In this document: piece after piece, positions 1 to 8,566 of the stretch
Layout of the letters: each line of letters starts with the position of its first letter
How positions within the stretch are numbered: position 1 is the first letter of the stretch
From: an uncultured Chloroflexia bacterium
GTDB lineage: Bacteria > Chloroflexota > Limnocylindria > Limnocylindrales > CSP1-4
Direction of reading: 5' to 3'
NCBI GenBank assembly: GCA_963713975.1
Contig: OY970218.1
Location: 3,136,001-3,200,000, forward strand
Length of the DNA stretch: 64,000 nucleotides
The notes under the pieces: model-generated
Database searches by the model: none
What the model was told of the DNA's origin: nothing
The model's input: only the letters and a program-made list of their open reading frames with translations
Position numbers and translations under genes: made by a program

Positions 1-2990
1 GGAGGGTCCTGTGCCCAGCGCGGGGCCAGCCGGTCCAGCGCCGATTCCAGTGCGGCCGTCTCGCCCACGTCACCGTCGTCCGTCTCTCCCGCAGCCTCGG
101 CCGGCTCGCCATCCGGCCCGAGTCCGCCGACGTCCGCCACGTCCTCCCCCGCCGCCGCGACGAGGTGCCGCAGCCCGACGCCACCGAGCCCGGCCAGCTC
201 GACCAGCAGCTGTTCCCGCAGGGCCTCGAGGCCGAGGCGGGCCTCGAGCGCGGCGACGTCGGCGGCCCGAGCCCGGTCATCGGCGGAGCGCAGTCGCTCG
301 CGGGCGGCGGTCGCGGCCCGCTCGGCATCGGCCAGACGGGTCCGCTCGACGCGATCGTCGGCGAGGAGCACCTCGAGGACATCCCTCGCCTGCGCCTCGC
401 GGGCGGCCGCCGCCGCAAGCTCCCCGGCAACGGTGTCACGCTCGGCGGCCGCAGCCTGTTCCCGGTCCGCGAGCGCCAGCAACTCCCGCTCGGTCGACGA
501 GATCCGGCCCTCGGCAAGCGCTGCGGTCGCCTCGGACCGGGCCCGCCGCCCCTCCGCATCACGCCGCGTCCGCTCATGGGCGCCCGCGTCGCCGGCCAGG
601 CGGTCGCGCCGCGTCCGCAGTTCGGTGACCCTGGACTCCCACGCGGAGATCGCCTCCCGCTCCCCGCTCCCAGTTTCGTCGCCGGGTCCGGGCACCTCCG
701 CTGGAGCTACCTCCAGCGCGGCCTGCGCCGCCGCGGCTCGCTCGGCCTCGCCCGCGAACCGCTCGGCTTGGGCGGTGTGCCACGAGGCCTCGCGCGCGGC
801 GCCCTCCAACTCCCGGCCGGCGGCGCGCTCCACGTCCTCCGCCCGCCTCCGGACCGCCATCGCTGCCGATTCCGCCACCCGAGCCGCCTCGAGCACGCTT
901 CGCGTCCGGGTCGCCTCGGTGACCGCCTCCCGGGAGGCGTGCTCGGCGAGGTCCGCATCAGCCTGGAGGGCCTCTGCCTCCCTGAAAAGACGATCGGCCT
1001 CCGCCCGGCGCTCGAGTGGTGAGTCACCCCGACCGATCCGCACGGCGAACGCATCGACGGTGGCGCTCCCGTCCCGCGTGACTGCAACCCAGCCGACCGG
1101 CAGGGAGACCTGGACCTCGAGCGCGGCCGCGAGGTCCGGCGTCCAGACCACGCGGGCCAGCAGAGCCCGCACGGCGCCGTGCGGATCCCGACGGACGGCC
1201 TCGGTCAGCCGTCCCCCGGCCACAGCGGCCAGCGCGTCGTCGAGGCGGCGGAGCTCCGCCGCGCTCCCGCCGCCCGCGACCTTGCCGGCTGCATCCAGGC
1301 GCTCGCGGATCACCACGTGACCACGCTCGCCGGCCAGCGCCTGGGTCCCGCCTCGCTCGACGACGTACGCGCGGGCCAGCTCGCCCAGCGCCGCCTCCAC
1401 CGCGGCCCGCAGCGTGGGCTCGATCCCCAGCTCCTCGTCCACCCGGCGACCGCCCAGCTTGCGTGCCGCCCGGGCGATCCCGCGCTCCTCGTCCTCCGCG
1501 AGCCTGCGCTGGATCTGCTCCAGCCGGCCCCTGGCGCCTGCCAGCATCGAGCCCGCCTTCGCGGCCCGCTCCGTCACCGCGCGGCGCGTGCCCTCGGCCG
1601 CGTCGGCGGCAGCACGCGCCGACTCGCGACCGTCGACCGCGGCCGCCTCCTCGGCAGAAGCGGTGGCCAGCGCCGTCCTGGCATCCGCGAGCGCGGACTC
1701 GAGCCGGTCGCGGCGCGTGTCGGCCGCCGTGGACCGGGCTTGTTCGTCGGCCGCCCGTCGCTCGGCTTCGGCGTGGCGCCTCCGTGCCGTCTCGGCCTCA
1801 CCCGCGCGGGCCGACTCCGCGCGCCGGATGGCCGCCAGCTCGTCACCCCGAGCCCGGGACGCGGCCCGCAGGGCTCCCAGCTCCGCGAGGGCGTCGGCCA
1901 GCGCACGGTCAGCCTCCGCGAGGGTGGCCTCCAGCTCCAGGTCTCGCTCGGGCACCGGCTCCGCGAGGATCCGGCGGTGCGCGGCGAGATCCGCCTCCGC
2001 CGTCGCCCGCTCATCCGCGATGCGCTGCCGGTCCCGAACGGCAGCGGCCACCTCCCCGGCGGCGCGGGCCTGCCGGAGACCGAGCGCGGTCAGCTCCGCC
2101 CGGGCCGCCTCGTGGATGGTGCGCCGGACCCGCTCGTCCTCGGCGCGGGCCGCCATCGACGCTGCGATGTCCGCGACCGACGTCTCCGCCGTCTCCAGGG
2201 CCTCGAGCGCACCTTCCGTCTCCCGGCGCACCCCGTCCCGCCGCTGCTCGGCGTCGCCCGCCCGCCCGGCGGCCTCTCGCCACCGCCCATGAGCGGCGAC
2301 GATCAGCGCCGCTGCGAGCTCTTCGCCGGCGGTGAGCCTTGTCGCCTGCTGCTCGGCGAGCTGCCCGAGGCGGCGCGCCTGCGGGCGCAGCTCGGCGAGG
2401 ATGTCCTCCACGCGGGAGAGGTTGGCCTCCGCCTCCGCGAGCTGCTCCTCGGCCTTGCGCCGGCGTCGCTCGTGGCGCCGGACGCCGGCCACCTCCTCGA
2501 ACAGCGGGCGGCGCTCCTCGGGGCGCAGTGCCAGCGCCTGGTCCACCATGCCCTGGCCGATGAACAGGAAGGCGTTCTCGGCGAGGTTCGCGCTGTCGAG
2601 GAGGTCGACGAGGTCGCGCAGCCGGACGCGCTGGCGGTTGAGCAGATAGTCATTCTCGCCGGAGCGGTACAGGCGCCGGCCCAGCTCCACCACTGCGTAC
2701 TCGACGGGCAGCAGCGCGTCCCCGTTGTCGAGCACGAGCGTCACGTCCGCCATCCCCTGGGCGCTCCGCTTCTCCGAGCCCGCCCAGATGACGTCCTCGC
2801 TCTTGCGGATGCGAAGCGATCTGCCCTGCTCGCCGAGGGCCCAGCGAAGCGCGTCGGCGAGGTTCGACTTGCCCGAGCCATTGGGTCCCACGATCGCACT
2901 GATGCCGGGCCCGAACTCGACGGTGGTCCGCTCGGCGAACGACTTGAAGCCCTGGACGCGGAGGCCCAGCAGGCGAGCGGGTGCGCTCAC
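1..2990 (-). CDS. smc: Chromosome segregation protein SMC (3' end runs off the window)
   Basis: Manual translation from GTG at 2990 (overlaps rnc stop): ...LRVQGFKSFAERTTVEFGPGISAIVGPNGSGKSNLADALRWALGEQ... Walker A, then coiled coil and hinge. Not in the ORF track because it is open at the edge. Confidence 0.95.
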   Translation of the reverse strand, partial: MSAPARLLGLRVQGFKSFAERTTVEFGPGISAIVGPNGSGKSNLADALRWALGEQGRSLRIRKSEDVIWAGSEKRSAQGMADVTLVLDNGDALLPVEYAVVELGRRLYRSGENDYLLNRQRVRLRDLVDLLDSANLAENAFLFIGQGMVDQALALRPEERRPLFEEVAGVRRHERRRRKAEEQLAEAEANLSRVEDILAELRPQARRLGQLAEQQATRLTAGEELAAALIVAAHGRWREAAGRAGDAEQRRDGVRRETEGALEALETAETSVADIAASMAARAEDERVRRTIHEAARAELTALGLRQARAAGEVAAAVRDRQRIADERATAEADLAAHRRILAEPVPERDLELEATLAEADRALADALAELGALRAASRARGDELAAIRRAESARAGEAETARRRHAEAERRAADEQARSTAADTRRDRLESALADARTALATASAEEAAAVDGRESARAAADAAEGTRRAVTERAAKAGSMLAGARGRLEQIQRRLAEDEERGIARAARKLGGRRVDEELGIEPTLRAAVEAALGELARAYVVERGGTQALAGERGHVVIRERLDAAGKVAGGGSAAELRRLDDALAAVAGGRLTEAVRRDPHGAVRALLARVVWTPDLAAALEVQVSLPVGWVAVTRDGSATVDAFAVRIGRGDSPLERRAEADRLFREAEALQADADLAEHASREAVTEATRTRSVLEAARVAESAAMAVRRRAEDVERAAGRELEGAAREASWHTAQAERFAGEAERAAAAQAALEVAPAEVPGPGDETGSGEREAISAWESRVTELRTRRDRLAGDAGAHERTRRDAEGRRARSEATAALAEGRISSTERELLALADREQAAAAERDTVAGELAAAAAREAQARDVLEVLLADDRVERTRLADAERAATAARERLRSADDRARAADVAALEARLGLEALREQLLVELAGLGGVGLRHLVAAAGEDVADVGGLGPDGEPAEAAGETDDGDVGETAALESALDRLAPRWAQDP

Positions 2991-3757
2991 GATCCCGGCG
3001 TCTGGTCGGGAGCCGAGGCTGGCTGCGTCGGGCTCGTGGAGGCCCGTGTGGCACGGGCAGCCTGCCGCTCCATCCGGAGCACCTCGAGCGCCTCGGCCGC
3101 GGCCAGCGTCTCGGCGATCCTGCGTGAAGGTCCCTCGCCGACGCCGAAGACCCGGCCGTCAAGGACCACCTCGATCCGGAACTGCTTCTCGTGGTCCGGC
3201 CCGACGGCCTCTACGATCCGGTACAGCGGCCGCTCTCCGGTGGTCCGCTGCGTGTGCTCCTGCAGCCGGCTCTTGGGGCTCTTGAGGGTCGTCAACGGGG
3301 AGTCGGCCGCGAGCTCCTCGGCCGCCCACGCCTGGATCCAGTCCCGTACGACATCCCAGCCGAGGTCAAGGTAGATCGCGCCAACCAGTGCCTCGAACGC
3401 GGACGCCAGGAGGGACGGGCGCACCCGACCACCCCGCTGGGCCTCTCCCTCGCCCAGGAACAGGTACGAGCCCAGGTCGAGTCGGACCGCGAGGCGGGCG
3501 AGACCCAGCGTGCTGACGATGAACGCGCGGCGCGCCGAAAGCACACCCTCGTCATCGGCGGGGTGGCGTCGGTACAGCGCTTCGGACACGGCAAGGCTGA
3601 CCACCGCGTCCCCAAGGAACTCCAGCCGCTCGTTGTGCCCCCGAACCGCGTCGGGATGCTCATGGAGCCAGCTGCTGTGGACGAGCGCCTGCTCAAGCAG
3701 GTCGCGATCTCGGATGGGGAGCCCGAGGCGCTCCGTCAGCGCGTCGGCCGGATGCAT
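2987..3757 (-). CDS. rnc: Ribonuclease III
   Basis: HNERLEFLGDAV signature; C-terminal dsRBD (PKSRLQE...GPDHEKQF). Confidence 0.98.
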   Translation of the reverse strand: MHPADALTERLGLPIRDRDLLEQALVHSSWLHEHPDAVRGHNERLEFLGDAVVSLAVSEALYRRHPADDEGVLSARRAFIVSTLGLARLAVRLDLGSYLFLGEGEAQRGGRVRPSLLASAFEALVGAIYLDLGWDVVRDWIQAWAAEELAADSPLTTLKSPKSRLQEHTQRTTGERPLYRIVEAVGPDHEKQFRIEVVLDGRVFGVGEGPSRRIAETLAAAEALEVLRMERQAARATRASTSPTQPASAPDQTPGS

Positions 3758-3776
3758 GACGCCCCGGGCAGGGCCG

Positions 3777-4013
3777 CTAGGAGGCGCGCTCGTCGATGTA
3801 GTCGACGGCGTCCTGCACGGTCCGGATCTTCTCGGCGTCCTCGTCGGAGATCTCGGTCCCGAACTCCTCTTCGAGGCTCATGATGAGCTCGACGAGGTCC
3901 AGGGAGTCGGCATTGAGATCGTCCACGAAGGAGGCTTCCGGCGTGACTTCCGCCTCGTCCGCACCGAGTTGCTCGATCACGATCTTCTTGAGCCGATCGT
4001 ACGTGCTGGCCAC
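3777..4013 (-). CDS. acpP: Acyl carrier protein
   Basis: [15 protein letters not shown] motif; GTG start at 4013 with GAGGAG RBS. Confidence 0.97.
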   Translation of the reverse strand: MASTYDRLKKIVIEQLGADEAEVTPEASFVDDLNADSLDLVELIMSLEEEFGTEISDEDAEKIRTVQDAVDYIDERAS

Positions 4014-4024
4014 TGACTCACTCC

Positions 4025-4507
4025 TCAAACCGGGGTGTCCCGACGGGTTGCATCCTGGTCCCGGGCCACTCGCCCGAGCACGCCGTTCACGAGCCGTCGC
4101 ATCGGATCGCCCGAATAGGTTCGGGCGAGCTCGACCCACTCGGCAATGGCCACCCGGGCCGGCGTCGCGGGCGAGTGTAGCACCTCGCACAGCCCGCAAC
4201 GCAGCAGTGCGCGGTCCATCCGGGCCAGCGATACGACCGGGTACTGGGGCGCCGCGCTGGAGATCTGCGCGTCGAGCGAGTCGCGGTGGCGGGCCACGTT
4301 GCCCACGATCTCGCGAGCCAGAACCGCGGTCTCCGGATCAGCCTCAAGCGCGAGGTGCCGTTCCAGGATGGCGTCTGCCGTGCGCTGTCCGAACTCCGCC
4401 TCGAACACCGACGCCAGCGCCAGGCGACGTGCGGACCGGCGGCTCCGGACCCGATCCTCGCGGAGGCGCTCGCGCCGCTGGCGGGGGGCGTCAGGCCCCG
4501 ATGCCAT
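4025..4507 (-). CDS. nusB: Transcription antitermination factor NusB
   Basis: RRSARRLAL...[10 protein letters not shown]...[13 protein letters not shown]...LVNGVLG; start trimmed to MASGPD. Confidence 0.92.
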   Translation of the reverse strand: MASGPDAPRQRRERLREDRVRSRRSARRLALASVFEAEFGQRTADAILERHLALEADPETAVLAREIVGNVARHRDSLDAQISSAAPQYPVVSLARMDRALLRCGLCEVLHSPATPARVAIAEWVELARTYSGDPMRRLVNGVLGRVARDQDATRRDTPV

Positions 4508-4799
4508 CGACCAGCACGGTGACGCTGCCGAGCTCCAGGCCGAGCAGCCGCACGACGGCCGACCCGACCGCCTCCCGGACCTGGGCCGACAGCGGCACCA
4601 GTTGCTGTCGCGGACGGGCGACAAGCCAGACGGTGACATGGACGCGCTCATCGCGGATACGGACCCGGATCGGGGATCCGACGATGGCGTTACGCCAGCG
4701 CGGGCCCCCGCGGCCGACCCGCAGGACGCCCGGTACCTCGAGCGCCGCGAGGCGGACGGTCTCCCGGATGACATCGGGGCCAACGGACAGGGCTGACAT
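4491..4799 (-). CDS. Asp23/Gls24 family envelope stress protein
   Basis: VIRETVRLAALEVPGV...QVREAV...VTVLVDGI; typical position upstream of nusB. Confidence 0.8.
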   Translation of the reverse strand: MSALSVGPDVIRETVRLAALEVPGVLRVGRGGPRWRNAIVGSPIRVRIRDERVHVTVWLVARPRQQLVPLSAQVREAVGSAVVRLLGLELGSVTVLVDGIGA

Positions 4800-5887
4800 C
4801 AGGCACCAGTCTCCGTCGTTGCGGGCTCGACGTCCACCGGGGGCGAGCCGACCTGCGATCCAGCCCCAACAGCCTCGGCGATCAGGTCCGGAACCCGCTC
4901 GCGCGCTGTGGTGGCACCGACGCGGACGGCATGCTCGATCATGCGCCGCTTCGCCCGGCCGTGCGTGATGATCACGGCGCCCCGGACACCGAGCAGCGGC
5001 GATCCGCCGACGACCTCGTAGTCGAACGTCCTGCGGATCCGCGCGATGCCGGGCCGCAGCAGCAGGTACGCGAGACGACCCCGGATCCCGCGGCGGAACT
5101 CGGCCCGCAGCTGGTCGAAGATGAATCCTGACAGCCCTTCGAAGAACTTGATCACGACGTTGCCCAGGACGGCGTCGCACACGACGACGTCGGAGATCAG
5201 CAGCGTGAGGTCCTTGCCCTCGACGTTGCCGATGAAGTTGAGGTCCGTCTGGTCGATGAGCTCCGTGGCGCGCTGGATCCGCGCATCGCCCTTGCCCTTC
5301 TCCTCGCCGATCGACAGCAGGGCCACCCGGGGCCGTTCCACGCCCAGGACCCGCTCCGAGAAGATCGCGCCCATGCGCGCGTACTGGGCCAGGTTCTCAG
5401 GCGTCGAGTCGGGGTTCGCACCGATGTCCAGCAGCACGAACGGCCGCTCGGTGCCGACCATCTGGACCGCCAGCGCCGGCCGATCGACGCCATGGACGCG
5501 CCCCAGCCGCAGCACGGCCGCTGCCATCCCGGCGCCGGTGTGGCCAGCCGTGACGACGGCGTCGGCCTCACCCTTCCGGACGAGATCCATCGCCACCATG
5601 ATCGAAGCGTCCTTCTTCTCGCGCAGCGCCATGGCGGGATGCTCGTGCATCTCGATGACCTGGGAGGCGTGGACGGTGCGGACGTTGGCGGGCGGATCCC
5701 GCAGGAGCGGCGCCATCAGCGCGTCGTCTCCAACCAGGATCACCGTGTCCTCGGGGTGGGTGCGTGCATAGGCCAGGGCGCCGGGGATGACCTCGGCCGC
5801 ACCGTGGTCACCGCCGACGGCGTCGACCGCGACGCGGACGCCCCGGGTCGCGGGGCTGCTCGGGGCGGGATCCTTGTCTTGGGTCAC
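4799..5887 (-). CDS. plsX: Phosphate acyltransferase PlsX
   Basis: VAVDAVGGDHG, AGHTGA, LLDIGAN, LLSIGEEKGKG, GGSPLLG, HG motifs; start approximate. Confidence 0.95.
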   Translation of the reverse strand: MTQDKDPAPSSPATRGVRVAVDAVGGDHGAAEVIPGALAYARTHPEDTVILVGDDALMAPLLRDPPANVRTVHASQVIEMHEHPAMALREKKDASIMVAMDLVRKGEADAVVTAGHTGAGMAAAVLRLGRVHGVDRPALAVQMVGTERPFVLLDIGANPDSTPENLAQYARMGAIFSERVLGVERPRVALLSIGEEKGKGDARIQRATELIDQTDLNFIGNVEGKDLTLLISDVVVCDAVLGNVVIKFFEGLSGFIFDQLRAEFRRGIRGRLAYLLLRPGIARIRRTFDYEVVGGSPLLGVRGAVIITHGRAKRRMIEHAVRVGATTARERVPDLIAEAVGAGSQVGSPPVDVEPATTETGA

Positions 5888-5894
5888 GACCCGG

Positions 5895-6107
5895 TTACGC
5901 GGACTCCTCGCCCGCGGACGACCCGCCGGCCGGCTTGAGCTCGATCGCCTGGCGGCCGTTGTACCACCCGCACGCCGGGCAGACCCGGTGCGAGAGCTTC
6001 GGCTCGTGGCAATGCGGGCACTCGACGAGCTTCGGCAGGGTGAGGGCGAGGTGGCTCCGGCGCTCCATCTGCCGCGCGTGAGCGACCTTTCGCTTGGGAA
6101 CACCCAT
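5895..6107 (-). CDS. rpmF: 50S ribosomal protein L32 (Zn-binding type)
   Basis: MGVPKRK...CPHC...HRVCPACGWY. Confidence 0.97.
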   Translation of the reverse strand: MGVPKRKVAHARQMERRSHLALTLPKLVECPHCHEPKLSHRVCPACGWYNGRQAIELKPAGGSSAGEESA

Positions 6108-6230
6108 GTCGGTTCTTGCTCCTGTTCGAGGCTGGTGACGCGGACGGAGCCGCGAGACGGTCTGTTGTCATCGGGCCGGCCCCTGCGGGCGCGCAGACGC
6201 GCCGCCGCCGGGCTGGGCCGACTGGGGAGT

Positions 6231-6824
6231 CTACCCGCTCTCGTCCCCGGCGTCGAACCGGAAGGCACGCAGTGCCTCGAGGCGCGGATCGATGGGCTCG
6301 TCGCCATGGCCGTGCCCGGCCTCGAGACCCTCCCCGCACTCCGGACAGAGCCCAGGACAGTCCGGCGCGCACAGCGACGCGATCGGCTCCTGCAGGCTGA
6401 TGGCCTCGATGACCAGCGGCCGCAGCTCGAGCTCGTGATGGTCCGTCAGGCGTGGCGCCTCGGGGTCGCCACCCTCCTCGAGGGCGACCGGCGCACCGCT
6501 GGCCAGGTCGATCGACGGGAGCACCTCCTCGTCGATCCGGAACCGGGATGGGATCACCAGAGGCTGCAGGCACCGGGCGCATTCGCCGGCCAGGGCCGTG
6601 GCCAGCTTCGCGCTCACGACGAGGCCGCGGTTGGTCCGCATGAGGCGGACGTCGCCGGAGACCGGCTGCGCCAGCACCAGGTCGTCGCCGGGATCGACGG
6701 GCACGCCGTCGATCGTGTAGTCGCGAACCGTGCCCGGGACGTCGGCCATCAGGCCCGAGAGGGCGAAGGTGAGCGGGTCCCCGTGGGCGTCCACGGGGTG
6801 CTCATCGTGGCCGGTCACCGTCAC
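6231..6824 (-). CDS. YceD/DUF177 family protein
   Basis: ECARCL...LCAPDCPGLCPECG...DPRLEAL; upstream of rpmF. Confidence 0.93.
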   Translation of the reverse strand: MTVTGHDEHPVDAHGDPLTFALSGLMADVPGTVRDYTIDGVPVDPGDDLVLAQPVSGDVRLMRTNRGLVVSAKLATALAGECARCLQPLVIPSRFRIDEEVLPSIDLASGAPVALEEGGDPEAPRLTDHHELELRPLVIEAISLQEPIASLCAPDCPGLCPECGEGLEAGHGHGDEPIDPRLEALRAFRFDAGDESG

Positions 6825-7381
6825 CGGCGTCCGGTGGCCGGCGCCCCCACTTCCTCATCCTCCGGGTCATAGCCGGCGTCGGGTGCGTACTCGTCACCAC
6901 CGTCGAGCCGTGGCTCCTCGGGCGGGGCATAGGAGGCGCGCCGCTCGTCGAGCATCGCGATGCCGCGTTCGATGCCCCGGAGTGTCCGGGTGACCTCGGC
7001 CTCGAGGTCGGTCAGCACGCCGGCGGCGTACTCGTCGGCACCCTGGCGGACGAGGCCGGCCTCCTCGTCGGCTTGGGCGATGATGCGGCGGCTCTCGTCA
7101 TCGGCGGCCTCGGTCAGGCCACGCTCGTCGATGAGATAGGCAGCCTGCTCCTGTGCGCGCGCGACGATGCGCTCGGCCTCCTCCTGGGCCTTCTCGATGA
7201 TCCGCTCGCCTTCCTGGTTGATGCGCTTGGCCGCACGCACCTCCTCGGGCACGGCGACCCGGAGCTCGTCGATCAGGTTGAGGGCAGCGTCACGCTCGAT
7301 GATCGCCTTGTTGGTCATCGGCAGCGGCTTGCCGTTCGCGATCAGTGACTCGAGGCGTTCGACGAGGAAGATGATGTCCAG
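6821..7381 (-). CDS. Conserved coiled-coil protein (DivIVA/ATPase-b-like family found between coaD and yceD); probable CTG start
   Basis: (M)DIIFLVERLESLIANGKPLPMTNKAIIERDAALNLIDELRVAVPEEV...; GGAGG 8 nt before CTG at 7381. Confidence 0.8.
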   Translation of the reverse strand: MDIIFLVERLESLIANGKPLPMTNKAIIERDAALNLIDELRVAVPEEVRAAKRINQEGERIIEKAQEEAERIVARAQEQAAYLIDERGLTEAADDESRRIIAQADEEAGLVRQGADEYAAGVLTDLEAEVTRTLRGIERGIAMLDERRASYAPPEEPRLDGGDEYAPDAGYDPEDEEVGAPATGRR

Positions 7382-7453
7382 CGGACCGGCCTCCCCTGGG
7401 CTTGACGCCCCGGCGGGGCGTTCCGACGATTATGGCACGGGAACGCGTGTTTC

Positions 7454-7966
7454 CTAGGCCCGCTGCGGCCCATCCTCCGCGGCAAGCTTGCCGGCCAGGA
7501 GCTCTGCGGCCGCACGGGGCAGCATCGATGCCACGTCGCCCCCGAACAGGGCAATCTCCTTCACCAGGCTGGAGGAGATATAGGAATGCTCCAGCGAGGT
7601 CATGAAGAACACGGTGTCGACGTCCGGCGCCAGCTGGTGGTTGTTGTGGGCCAGCTGGAGCTCCGCCTCGAAGTCCGCGATCGCCCGCAGCCCGCGGACG
7701 AGGAACGAGGCTCCGACCTGGTGGCAGAAGTCGACGGTCAGGCCGTCGAAGGTGGTGACCTCGACCAGCTCCGCGAGCGTGGCGTCGGCCTCGACGGCGG
7801 CGCGGATCACCGCGACCCGATCGGCTGTTGGCAGCAGCGGCGTCTTGCGGGGATTCCCGAGCACGGCCACGACAACGCGGTCGAAGACGTGCGTCGCGCG
7901 GCGGATCACGTCCAGGTGTCCGTTCGTGATCGGGTCGAAGGACCCGGGATAGACCGCGACCTTCAC
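7454..7966 (-). CDS. coaD: Phosphopantetheine adenylyltransferase
   Basis: YPGSFDPITNGHLD, RGLR, ISSSLVKE. Confidence 0.98.
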   Translation of the reverse strand: MKVAVYPGSFDPITNGHLDVIRRATHVFDRVVVAVLGNPRKTPLLPTADRVAVIRAAVEADATLAELVEVTTFDGLTVDFCHQVGASFLVRGLRAIADFEAELQLAHNNHQLAPDVDTVFFMTSLEHSYISSSLVKEIALFGGDVASMLPRAAAELLAGKLAAEDGPQRA

Positions 7967-8565
7967 GCTTCGCCCGCCTCCTCTGGTCCCGCTTCGCGCC
8001 GGTAGAACGTCAGGGCGGTCTCGCCGAACCGCCGCTCGCGGATCGATGCTAGCAGCCCGATGCGGCCCGGCGGAGCATCGCGCCAGAAGTGCTTGGCCAC
8101 GACGATGGCGCCATCACGCACCGGCGCCGATGGCTCGCCGAGCATTCCCAGCACCTGCACCAGGGTCGTCGCGGCCTCGTAGGGCGGATCCAGCAGCACG
8201 AGATCGAACCGTTGGATGGAGCCCCCGCGGTCCAGCCCGGCGAGGTACGTCTCAACGCCGCCCCGGACCACCCTCGCGGCCGGCGGCCCGAAGCGTGCCC
8301 GGCGCAGGTTCTCCTCGATGGCCAGGGCCGCCCTGCGGTCCTTCTCCACGAACACCGCCGATGCCGCTCCGCGGGAGAGGGCCTCGATCCCGCCGGCTCC
8401 ACTGCCGGCGAACAGGTCGAGGACCGCCGCATCGGCGAGCTCCGGCTCGAGGATCCCGAACAGCGTCTGCTTCACCCGGTCGGTCAGGGGCCGCGTGCCA
8501 GGCCCGGGGGCGGCCAACCGGACGCCGTGCGCGGTGCCCGCGATCACGCGGCCTGCGTCGGCCAT
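7963..8565 (-). CDS. rsmD: 16S rRNA m2G966 methyltransferase
   Basis: RVIAG...TRPLTDRVK...VLDLFAGSG...EALSRGA...DPPY. Confidence 0.95.
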   Translation of the reverse strand: MADAGRVIAGTAHGVRLAAPGPGTRPLTDRVKQTLFGILEPELADAAVLDLFAGSGAGGIEALSRGAASAVFVEKDRRAALAIEENLRRARFGPPAARVVRGGVETYLAGLDRGGSIQRFDLVLLDPPYEAATTLVQVLGMLGEPSAPVRDGAIVVAKHFWRDAPPGRIGLLASIRERRFGETALTFYRREAGPEEAGEA

Positions 8566-8566
8566 G

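Noticed and set aside
7441-7452. LexA-like box GAAC-GCGT-GTTT
   Set aside because: Imperfect, upstream of a non-SOS gene, and no matching boxes seen at uvrC.
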